Shown here piece after piece: positions 53,991-64,000 of a stretch of 64,000 bases of DNA. How positions within the stretch are numbered: position 1 is the first letter of the stretch; each line of letters starts with the position of its first letter. Source of the DNA: Eledone cirrhosa. Taxonomy: Eukaryota. Both the position numbers and the translations under genes were made by a program. The notes under the pieces are model-generated. The model did not search any database and was not told where the DNA came from. It was given only the letters and a program-made list of their open reading frames with translations. The DNA lies in NCBI GenBank assembly GCA_964016885.1, contig OZ024741.1, forward strand, positions 73,346,001 through 73,410,000, given 5' to 3'.

Positions 53991-54721
53991 TTTATTGTTG
54001 TAGTTGTTTATCCAAACACAGACGATAATCGAGAAAATCTTTGATAAAAAATAAAACGTTTCAGCGATGGCCATATTTTCTAATATTCTATTACGTGTTC
54101 CAGCCGACAGGCTACGGCCATGCTGGGGCACAGCCATATTAGTATTTTTTACACAGTGCATATAGGAGAATATTTACCAGTGTGTTCAATTTTTATAGAG
54201 GTCTCCTCGTTCGTTTTTGACAAACGAGTTCTAGTAAAGTGTTATGTAGTCGGTGTATATTGTTCAAACTGTTGCTAACTTCTTCACAATTTCGCATAGA
54301 AAATGAGAATTTTATTGATTTACAATACTTCAAACCAAAATAATAACGAATACTTTCTTACAAGAAAGAGTAGTGACGGATGTAATGGACAGCTTCTCCT
54401 AATTACCATGGAGAATTGCAGACGGTTTTGTCGTTAGTTTTCTTATTTTATTTCAGTATATTTAGTTTAAATTATGTTTTTTCATATATATTTCTATACA
54501 CATACATTTATACATACATACATATATACATACGTACATACATACATACATACATACATACATACATACATACATACATACATACATACATACATACATA
54601 CATACACATACATGCATACATACATAAATACATACATACGTACATACATACATACATGCATACACACACACATACATACATGCACACACTTGTATGCTTA
54701 AATACCTATATACACATGTGC

Positions 54722-54752
<31 letters not shown>

Positions 54753-54758
54753 CATACA

Positions 54759-54789
<31 letters not shown>

Positions 54790-54908
54790 GTATTTACAGA
54801 TACCTGCATACATGCTCATATATACAAGCATGCATATATCAAATAATTGTAGAATATCGCAGTTGGTATAAATATGAATGCATGTACGTTTTATACATTT
54901 ATGTACCT

Positions 54909-55254
<346 letters not shown>

Positions 55255-55347
55255 ATATATATATATATATATATAATATACAAATGGCTTCTACAGGACT
55301 AGAACTGTTTCATCGGGAGAAATCATCAGTAGTATATATATATATAT

Positions 55348-55545
55348 ATATTTATTAAAATAACAGATTAAAGTTTAAGCAAAGAATCCCTGCTTTCACC
55401 CTTAACGGGATCATCTGAAACTACTTTGCTTAAACGTTAATCTGTTATTTTAATAAATATTTGCTCTACGGTTCTTATATATTTGATATATATTTATCCT
55501 TATCGAGCCCTCTTTGGATTTTAGCCTTCAAATTTATTATTATTG

Positions 55546-55546
<1 letters not shown>
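55348..55546. mobile_element. Short fold-back element with a hammerhead-like fold at 55372-55422 (minus)
   Basis: Arms 55348-55384 and 55424-55460; minus strand AGUUU-CAGAUGA-UCCC(GUUAA)GGGU-GAAAGCAGGG(AUU)CUUUGCUU^AAACU with one core mismatch. Confidence 0.6.
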
Positions 55547-55588
<42 letters not shown>

Positions 55589-55617
55589 CGTGTGTGTATA
55601 TACATACATATATATAT

Positions 55618-55690
<73 letters not shown>

Positions 55691-55739
55691 TAATATACAA
55701 ATGGCTTCTACAGGACTAGAACTGTTTCATTCGGGAGAA

Positions 55740-55786
<47 letters not shown>

Positions 55787-56584
55787 ACATGGCTGTATAA
55801 TAATATTATTAATAATATGTACATGGCTGTATAATAATATTATTCATAATATTATTATAATTAAATATATTAGTTATATTATTAATATATATATCAGGAT
55901 ATTCCAATATAAAATGATAGAGAATAATAGAGAATTAATATGAAAACAAAACTACCACCAGCCTGCAGCAAACATGATAAAAAATAGTTGTTGAATGTAA
56001 ATATTTATGTTTGTTAGATCAATTATTTGAATTAGTTTTGATGTTTCAAATGTTGAAAATTAAACAAAGTCTTGCAATAATTACCAAACAAACACACGAA
56101 CAAATACATAAACAGATTTGTTAAATATATGAAGGCTGAAAAAAGGAAGCGGTTGGAGGAGGAGGAAGAGGAGGTAGAGGGGGAGATATGACGGGGAAGG
56201 GTATTGGTGGTAACTACTTAAATGTATGTGTATACTTGTGTGTGTGTATGTGTGTGTGTGCATGATATTCATGCGTGTATATATGTGATATATATGTAAA
56301 TGTGAGAGTATGTCTTTATGTGTATATGATATACATGTGTGTATGTGTATATGATATACATGTGTGAATGATATACCTGTGTGTATGTGTATATGATATA
56401 CATGTGTGTATGTGTGATATATGTGTGAATGTGTGAGTATGTTTCTATGTGTGTATGTGGTATATATGCGTGTGTATGTGTGGTAAACGTGTGTATGTGT
56501 TATGAATGTGATATATGTGTTTATGTGTGATATATATGTGTATGGTATGCCTTACTGTAGATGTGCCGTGTGTGTGTGTGTTTG

Positions 56585-57158
56585 TATGTGTGATGTGTGT
56601 GAATGTATGTGTATGTGTGATGTGTGTGTAAATGTATGTGTATGTGTGATGTGTGTGTTAATGTATGTGTATGTGTGATGTGTGTGTGAATGTATGTTTA
56701 TGTGTGATGTGTGTGTGAATGTATGTGTATGTGTGATGTGTGTGTGAATGTATGTGTATGTGTGATGTGTGTGTGAATGTATGTGTATGTGTGATGTGTG
56801 TGTGAATGTATGTGTATGTGTGATGTGTGTGTGAATGTATGTGTATGTGTGATATGTGTGTGAATGTATGTCTGTGTGTGAATGTATGTGTATGTGTGAT
56901 GTGTGTGTGAATGTATGTCTATGTGTGATGTGTGTGTGAATGTATGTGTATGTGTGATGTTTGTGTGAATGTATGTCTATGTGTGATGTGTGTGTGAATG
57001 TATGTGTATGTGTGATGTGTGTGTGAATGTATGTCTATGTGTGATGTGTGTGTGAATGTATGTGTATGTGTGATGTTTGTGTGAATGTATGTCTATGTGT
57101 GATGTGTGTGTGAATGTATGTGTATGTGTGATGTGTGTGTGAATGTATGTGTGATGTG
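56585..57158. repeat. 29-bp minisatellite ATGTATGTGTATGTGTGATGTGTGTGTGA
   Basis: GAAT recurs at 29-bp spacing, e.g. 56717 and 56746. Confidence 0.9.
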
Positions 57159-57159
57159 T

Positions 57160-58097
57160 ATTGTAGTGTTGTAGTGGTGTAGTGTTGTAGCGGTGGTGTA
57201 GTGTTGTAGTGTTGTTGTGGTGTTGGTGTAGTGTTGTAGTGTTGTAGTGGTGTTGTGGTGTTGTGGTGTTGTGGTGTATGTTGTAGTAGTGTTGTGGTGT
57301 TCATGTGTAGTGGTGTTGTAGTGTTGTAGTGTTGTAGTGGTGTAGCGGTGTAGTGGTGTAGTGGTTTAGTGGTGTAGTGGTGTAGTAGTGTTGTAGTGTT
57401 GTAGTGTTGTAGTGGTGTAGCGGTGTAGTGGTGTAGTGGTGTAGTGGTGTAGTGGTGTAGTGGTGTAGTGGTGTAGTGGTGTTGGGATGTAGTGGTGTAG
57501 TGGTGTAGTGGTGTAGTTGTCTAGTGGTGTAGTGGTGTAGTGGTGTGGTGGTGTTGTGGTGTAGTGGTGTAGTGGTGTAGTGGTGTTGGGATGTAGTTGT
57601 GTAGTGGTCTAGTGATGTAGTGGTGTTGCGGTGTAGTGGTGTAGTGGTGTAGTGGTGTAGTGGTGTAGTGGTCTAGTGGTGTAGTGGTGTAGTGGTGTAG
57701 TGGTGTAGTGGTGTAGTGGTGTAGTGATGTAGTGGTGTAGTGGTGTAGTGGTGTAGTGGTCTATTGGTGTAGTGGTCTAGTGGTGTAGTGGTGTAGTGGT
57801 GTAGTGGTGTAGTGGTGTAGTGGTGTAGTGATGTAGTGATGTAGTGGTGTAGTGGTATAGTGGTCTATTGGTGTAGTGGTGTAGTGGTGTAGTGGTGTAG
57901 TGGTCTATTGGTGTAGTGGTCTAGTGGTGTAGTGGTGTAGTGGTGTAGTGGTGTAGTGGTGTAGTGGTGTAGTGGTGTAGTGATGTAGTGGTGTAGTGGT
58001 GTAGTGGTGTAGTGGTCTATTGGTGTAGTGGTCTAGTGGTGTAGTGGTGTAGTGGTGTAGTGGTGTAGTGGTCTATTGGTGTAGTGGTCTATTGGTG
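57160..58097. repeat. 8-bp satellite (GTAGTGGT)n running into the gap
   Basis: Direct observation. Confidence 0.95.
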
Positions 58098-58297
58098 NNN
58101 NNNNNNNNNNNNNNNNNNNNNNNNNNNNNNNNNNNNNNNNNNNNNNNNNNNNNNNNNNNNNNNNNNNNNNNNNNNNNNNNNNNNNNNNNNNNNNNNNNNN
58201 NNNNNNNNNNNNNNNNNNNNNNNNNNNNNNNNNNNNNNNNNNNNNNNNNNNNNNNNNNNNNNNNNNNNNNNNNNNNNNNNNNNNNNNNNNNNNNNNN
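58098..58297. other. Assembly gap (200 N)
   Basis: Run of exactly 200 N, probably a fixed scaffold spacer. Confidence 0.99.
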
Positions 58298-58503
58298 CGT
58301 GGGTATGTATGAGCACGTATGAGCATATGAATATGAATAAGCTCACATGTACACATAAGTGAGTATAAGTGCTAACAATCATATGAACGTGTTATGCCGC
58401 AATCTTTCAGTTTCCATATTTTCATATTCCTCAGGTCCTAGAATTCCATATATTGTATTTCTTATTTGAGACTATATGATCATTGTACAACCATTATTAT
58501 ACA

Positions 58504-58920
58504 AATTGGCAGTATCAGTAGAGGGTCGGACGCCATGCTTTCCAGCATAGTTACGTCCCTTTATGATCTGAGTTCAAATCCCGCCGAGGTTGACTTTGCC
58601 TTTCATCCTTACGGAGTCGATAAAATAAAGTACCAGTAATGCACTGGTTAATTGCTGGCCTTGTGCCTAAAGTAGAAACAATTATTATACAAATGTTTAG
58701 GTTGATGGATTGACGGAACCATTTGACCGTTAGACGACTGCTTTGCGGCATTTAGTCATGGTTCTTTACGTTCTGTGTTCAAAAGCCGCCGAGCTCAATT
58801 TTGCCTTTCATCGTTCTAGAATTGATAAAATAAAAAACCCGTCAACTATTTGAGTCCATTTAATCGAGTTATTTCTTTACTCTAAATTGCTGGCATTGGT
58901 CCATTGTTTGAAAGGATTAT
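58504..58920 (+). mobile_element. SINE-A (58504-58688) followed by an older degenerate copy
   Basis: TTATTATACAAAT duplicated on both sides of the first copy. Confidence 0.85.
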
Positions 58921-58939
58921 TATATAAACGTTATACTTT

Positions 58940-58990
<51 letters not shown>

Positions 58991-59171
58991 CACACACGCA
59001 CGCACACACCCTAACACACACACACAACCACACACACACACACACTCACACAACCACACACACACACACACACACATACACACACACACACACACACGTA
59101 TACATGCATGCATACACCCACACACAGACGCAAATACATTTGCATGTAGCGGTGCGTATGTTTCTTTCTGC

Positions 59172-59205
<34 letters not shown>

Positions 59206-59211
<6 letters not shown>

Positions 59212-59378
59212 AATATGAAAACATGGCGTGCTGCGTGGTTGCAAATGGGTTACATATGAATAAATTTAGTCCTTCATCAGTGATCTTCCAACCTTCATTG
59301 GTATTTCATCGCTTTAAAGACCATATACCTCCGGTTGGTGCGAGCAACGGCTAAAGAAAGTCGTTGGGACACGTAAAT
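59206..59378 (-). mobile_element. 3'-end fragment of the 22259-23348 family
   Basis: Reverse complement matches ~23178-23348; abuts (TA)n. Confidence 0.85.
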
Positions 59379-59975
59379 AGGGGGAATGAGCGGCAAACGG
59401 ACAGTTGTACGTTCTCAGCAGGTAACGCCTTATTCAATGCATCGGTCTTTGGAGTGTGCATACTATCGCTTATTGCTCCGATAATAAATCTAGTTCTACG
59501 TTATCATGACACGTGAACTCTAATAAAATAGAGGAAGACCGCTGTGTGAGAAAACACACGTTATGGTGGGTGAATTCAAATTGTGGAATTCCCACCAATA
59601 TAGAATTGTACCAATAAGGTGCATACATACATATATACATATCGAGATATACGCATATACACGCATTACGCATGTAAAGGTTGACTAGTAATATAAAGTC
59701 GAACATTTAATACTCAATATATAAACAATACAAAGAAATATTGAAGTCTCTAAGCTAATACAGGAAGCATGTTAGTTGAAACTGGGAGTAAAAATACAAA
59801 GTTTTCGAAAGTCACTGATGTTATTTTAGCGATCTCCGGCCACGACTAACTCAATCAATGACTCAATATATATATTAGAAAATGCGTGTGATCCTTGGTA
59901 CAGTAAGGTATATTTGAATAAAGGAAAAGAATGGCTTCACTGGTAGTTGGTATGCTATACCAAATTAATTTTATA

Positions 59976-60162
59976 ATTTTATAATTTTACAATTTGACTA
60001 CGTAGATCTAATAAGTCCTTTGTTAACTTCGATGGAAAGATTTTAAAAATCCTGGTTAACTTTCTGGGCGATTGTCAAATTGATCTAAAGTTTAAAAAAC
60101 TTTCCATCGAAGTTTACGAGGACTTATTAGATCTATATAGCAATATTGTACAATTGTAAAAT
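59976..60162. mobile_element. MITE-like inverted repeat, ~70-bp arms
   Basis: TAGATCTAATAAGTCCT..AACTTCGATGGAAAG mirrored by CTTTCCATCGAAGTT..AGGACTTATTAGATCTA. Confidence 0.65.
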
Positions 60163-60580
60163 GGATGTCTATGTATTAGAGAGAGTTAACTTTATGAATT
60201 AATATCCACTGCTCCATCATTGTTGAGCAGATTTAGACGGTTTTGGCTGCTATTTCTAGTGTCAATATAAGCCCGTCGTATTGTCCTCATACATTGAGTG
60301 GGATATATTCATATAATAATTCAGCGATACAACACGTTGGACACCATGTGGTTCAGCAACGACATGGTATGTATTCGTCTTCTCCTCTTAATCCAAAGAA
60401 TTCTCCTCCCGATGCAGAAATTGTAATTCTTCCAATATTGGTTGTTCCAATGTCTTGGAATAATTAACGTTCTTTTTTGAATTCCAGAAACCATGGTAAA
60501 GGAACTCTGAGTAAAACTGACTTATTTTAGTCGGTCTAACTTATATCCATCCAAATTGAGATTGTGGCTTAAATTATACA

Positions 60581-60639
<59 letters not shown>

Positions 60640-60642
60640 TAA

Positions 60643-60773
60643 TTGAATATAAAGAGAGATAAACACAGATATAAACAAACGTGTTCAAATTGTAAGGGAC
60701 CTAGGCAATTTGGTCCCTTACAATTTGAACACATGTTTGTTTATATCTGTGTTTATCTCTCTTTTATATTCAA
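60643..60773. repeat. Hairpin with ~60-bp arms and a 10-nt loop next to (TA)n
   Basis: Near-perfect reverse-complement arms around TAGGCAATTT. Confidence 0.9.
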
Positions 60774-61325
60774 CTAGCAGAAAAACCACCCTTCGGGTGA
60801 TTTTCTACTAGCTTGTGTAGTGTGTATATTGATATTAAATGCAAGTATATATACATGTGGATATGATACATCAAATAAAATCGTAATTGACAATATATAA
60901 TACATAGAAATTGAACGAAGACTGCGTTACACTGTCTTATTTAATAGTAACGTAATCCATGATACATTAAAAAAAGACGATATTATATAGAAACTGCATT
61001 AGCAGAAAAATAGTGACAGAAAATTAGTATGTTTATTTAAGCGATGGCCAACCGGAAATGTTGACATTTCAGAAATTTTAAAGAAGTGAATCTTTAAATA
61101 AACAAAATATATTTAATCAACAGCCACGAAATTATGTAATATTCATTCATTATTTATTCAAAATAATCCAACTTATTTTACTAATGGGATAAAAAATTAT
61201 AAACCGTACGCAGTCCCGCGCTTCCTACTTTATAGTTTAGATTATATTACACGGCTCAGAAAAACTTCTTTCTTTGAGCTATTTAACTGTAAGAGACTAT
61301 TTTGAGTTTCTAACACAATATATAC

Positions 61326-61335
<10 letters not shown>
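60773..61335 (-). mobile_element. Possible non-autonomous Helitron-like element
   Basis: Minus-strand ACCCGAAGGGT hairpin about 10 nt before a terminal CTAGT; the other end is uncertain. Confidence 0.35.
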
Positions 61336-61396
<61 letters not shown>

Positions 61397-61398
<2 letters not shown>

Positions 61399-61556
61399 CG
61401 AAGGAAGTGGGGGTAAGGAACCAAGTGGACCATAACGCACCACAGTACTCGATACTTTGGGTAGTAGAGTCGGTAAAAGGAAAAGAGTCAGGACCCCGAC
61501 GGCTGAGCTAGCTGTCGAAACGGCCGGAGCTCAGCCGTCAGGGTCCTGACTCTTTT

Positions 61557-61560
<4 letters not shown>
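61397..61560. mobile_element. Short fold-back element carrying the 3' half of a hammerhead, in (TA)n
   Basis: Hairpin 61477-61560; plus strand GAAAC-GGC(CGGAGCUCA)GCC-GUC at 61517-61539. Confidence 0.75.
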
Positions 61561-61605
<45 letters not shown>

Positions 61606-61949
61606 TAAATTTGTTACCAAACCCACCGAATATATATAAACATTTTATCTGTAGAATTATTTCTATAGAGAATTTTATACATACTTACACATGTTTATAT
61701 AATATATACATACATATATGTGTGTGTGTGTGAGCGCGGCGTGTGTCTGTGTGTGTTTGTGTATGAATCACTCATCTATCTTTCAAATTAATATATATCA
61801 TCATTATTCTGTATTGATCTCCCGTGTTGATTTTCTGATATGTATATAATACATACACACATACATGGAACCTATATTATTCTAGTCTAGCTCCTAATAT
61901 TGAGTAATTTCCGTCATAAAATTCAATTTCACACGAGTATGATGCAACC

Positions 61950-62059
<110 letters not shown>

Positions 62060-62380
62060 CCGTCCGTGCGTGTAAATGTGTGTATTGATACGCGTAAATT
62101 CTAATCATCTTGTGAAATATAAAATGAATTATAAAAGAAAAGGATAAAACATTGAAATAAATAATAAATATTGAATATGTTGGTCTGTTTGAACTAATTA
62201 ACTTGCTGTTATAAGGTAGAGGTGGTTGAGGTGTCGATATTAAATCATGATGTTGGGAGTGAGAATGTGCTACGAGAGTGAGATAGGGAAGATGTGGAGT
62301 GTAGCTACTGGTATTGCTGTTGTTGTTTACCACCAGGTCAACCCTAGTCGAGCAGACTTATGATCAAAAGAATTCCACCC

Positions 62381-62708
62381 GTAATAATTGTTTCTACTTT
62401 TGGCACAAGGCCAGCAATACCCAGTGCATTACTGGTACTTTATTTTATCAACCCCGTAAGGATGAAAGGCAAAGTTAACCTCGGCGGGATTTGAACTCAG
62501 AATGGAAAGGGCCGTAACTCTATGCGTCAAAGCATGACCTCCGTCCCTCTACCGATACTGCCAATCCACCGACCGTAATAATGATTTCTAGTATAGGCAC
62601 AAGGCCAGTAATTTGAGAAGAGGAGAAAGTTGATTAAATCGACCCCAGTACGTTACTGGTGCTTTATTTTATCGACCCCGCAAGGATGAAAGGCAAAGTT
62701 AACCTCGG
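62381..62708 (-). mobile_element. Two tandem SINE-A copies (second truncated)
   Basis: CCGTAATAAT occurs at ~62379, ~62573 and ~62718, consistent with nested TSDs. Confidence 0.88.
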
Positions 62709-62969
62709 TATAACCACCCGTAATAATCTCCTATGTGCAGAGAACTCTAGGCCACGATATTTAACATGCCCATTATTTAGATGGTAAAGATAGATCTGAG
62801 GAAGATTTGGTTGCTGTTTCTTACAGATAGAGTGACCAGGAAGAGGCTATTTCATTTATCGTTGGTCTTGTTTTTCCTGATGGTTAGTACTGAGGAAGTT
62901 GATGATTGGCGTGATGATGTTCTTAATGTTGGTGTTGTGTATATACATACTTTCACACAGACACACACC

Positions 62970-63247
62970 TAAACTCAGTGCTGTACGAGAGCCTTCCAAG
63001 AGTCAGCTCAAAAGTGACACAGAGAAGACTGGGGTTAGCTGGGCATGCTCACCGACATCCAGAGTTGACACTACACTCAGTGCTCCTGTGGGAGCCCCTG
63101 CACTGGAAGAGGAAGACCAAGGTTAACATATGTTGATGCCCTAAGGACAGACACTGGTCTCTTGGAGACGCAGGACATGGCGGCGATGATGAGGGACAGA
63201 GACCGCTGGAGAGAACACGTCCATGGATGTCGGGAATTTTACCCGCC

Positions 63248-63250
<3 letters not shown>
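62970..63250 (+). pseudogene. 3' fragment of an RTE-group LINE
   Basis: NSVLYESLPRVS..RRLGLAGHAHRH..LLWEP, frameshift, RGRPRLTYVDALRTD..MRDRDRWR; followed by (TA)n. Confidence 0.8.
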
Positions 63251-63298
<48 letters not shown>

Positions 63299-63487
63299 CA
63301 TTATCGGAGAAAGCTTTTAGCGATACTCCGGCCAAATTCCAACTCACTCAACAAACATTAGGAAATAAGTGAGTATATGCCTAATTAAACGTTCGGGGTG
63401 CTAACTAATTGTATTGTGTGGAAAATTGGCTGTATTATTTGATATGAGACATATCGAATATATCTCTTCCCAGATTATTATATATAT

Positions 63488-63882
63488 AATATATATTTGT
63501 GAAATGGGTGGTGGTTCAAATTCAGTTGTGCATGGTTAAATGGTAGTACACGTGGTCGGACGGACATGAATGAAAATTTACACACCTATGTAAAAAGTGC
63601 CAAGGAAGCAAATAAACGAGGTTTCAAATCTCTAACTTGAAAAATGTGGTTCCTGGGGCCCCAAAACGGTCTATTTACTATCGCGTTCGGTGAGATATTT
63701 CCCCCTCTTCTAATACTTGGATGAGTTATTTACAATTTTATACAAATAAGGCAGTAAATAAAGGATTATGAGTTCATGCAATTGACTTATGTTTCATCAC
63801 TATGTTCGTCCGACCACGTCTACTACCATTTAACCGTGCACAACTGAATTTCAACCACCACTCATTTCACAAATATATATTA
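63488..63882. mobile_element. MITE with ~88-bp terminal inverted repeats in TA context
   Basis: 63488-63575 is the reverse complement of ~63792-63882 with several mismatches. Confidence 0.75.
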
Positions 63883-64000
63883 GACAGTGGCTTCCTTGTT
63901 CAATCATCTTACCAGAAGCCTGACATTATTTATGTAAGCCGGTACTTGATTTAGGAGCCGCAGAAACCCAAATACTGGATTTTACCAACCTTCCAGGGGT

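Noticed and set aside
60230-60465. Minus-strand frame with two in-frame TGA near cysteines (selenoprotein or mitochondrial insert)
   Set aside because: Short, with no recognisable homology and no SECIS-like structure identified.

Overview
This is AT-rich, microsatellite-saturated eukaryotic DNA. The SINE families and repeat landscape look like an octopus genome, which is my inference and is not proven here. No complete host gene is visible: there is one plausible promoter with a first micro-exon at ~4.3 kb (minus) and two weak exon candidates. The window is dominated by retroelements: a near-complete Penelope-like element (PLE; RT plus C-terminal GIY-YIG, direct and inverted pLTRs, three hammerhead ribozyme copies), a second PLE fragment, a near-complete and two broken R4/Dong-type RLE LINEs, RTE and CRE fragments, a bipartite RTE-derived short element and many tRNA-SINEs. 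Satellites include a 28-bp array, a 12.4-kb (ACCAAC)n array, and 29-bp and 8-bp arrays running into a 200-N gap. The strongest unexplained signal is a recurring architecture: several unrelated short elements carry minimal type I hammerhead folds, are folded back on themselves with two outward-pointing 3' ends of unequal length, and sit in (TA)n or (CA)n tracts, the same geometry as the full PLE. All alignments and folds were done by eye, so boundaries are approximate.
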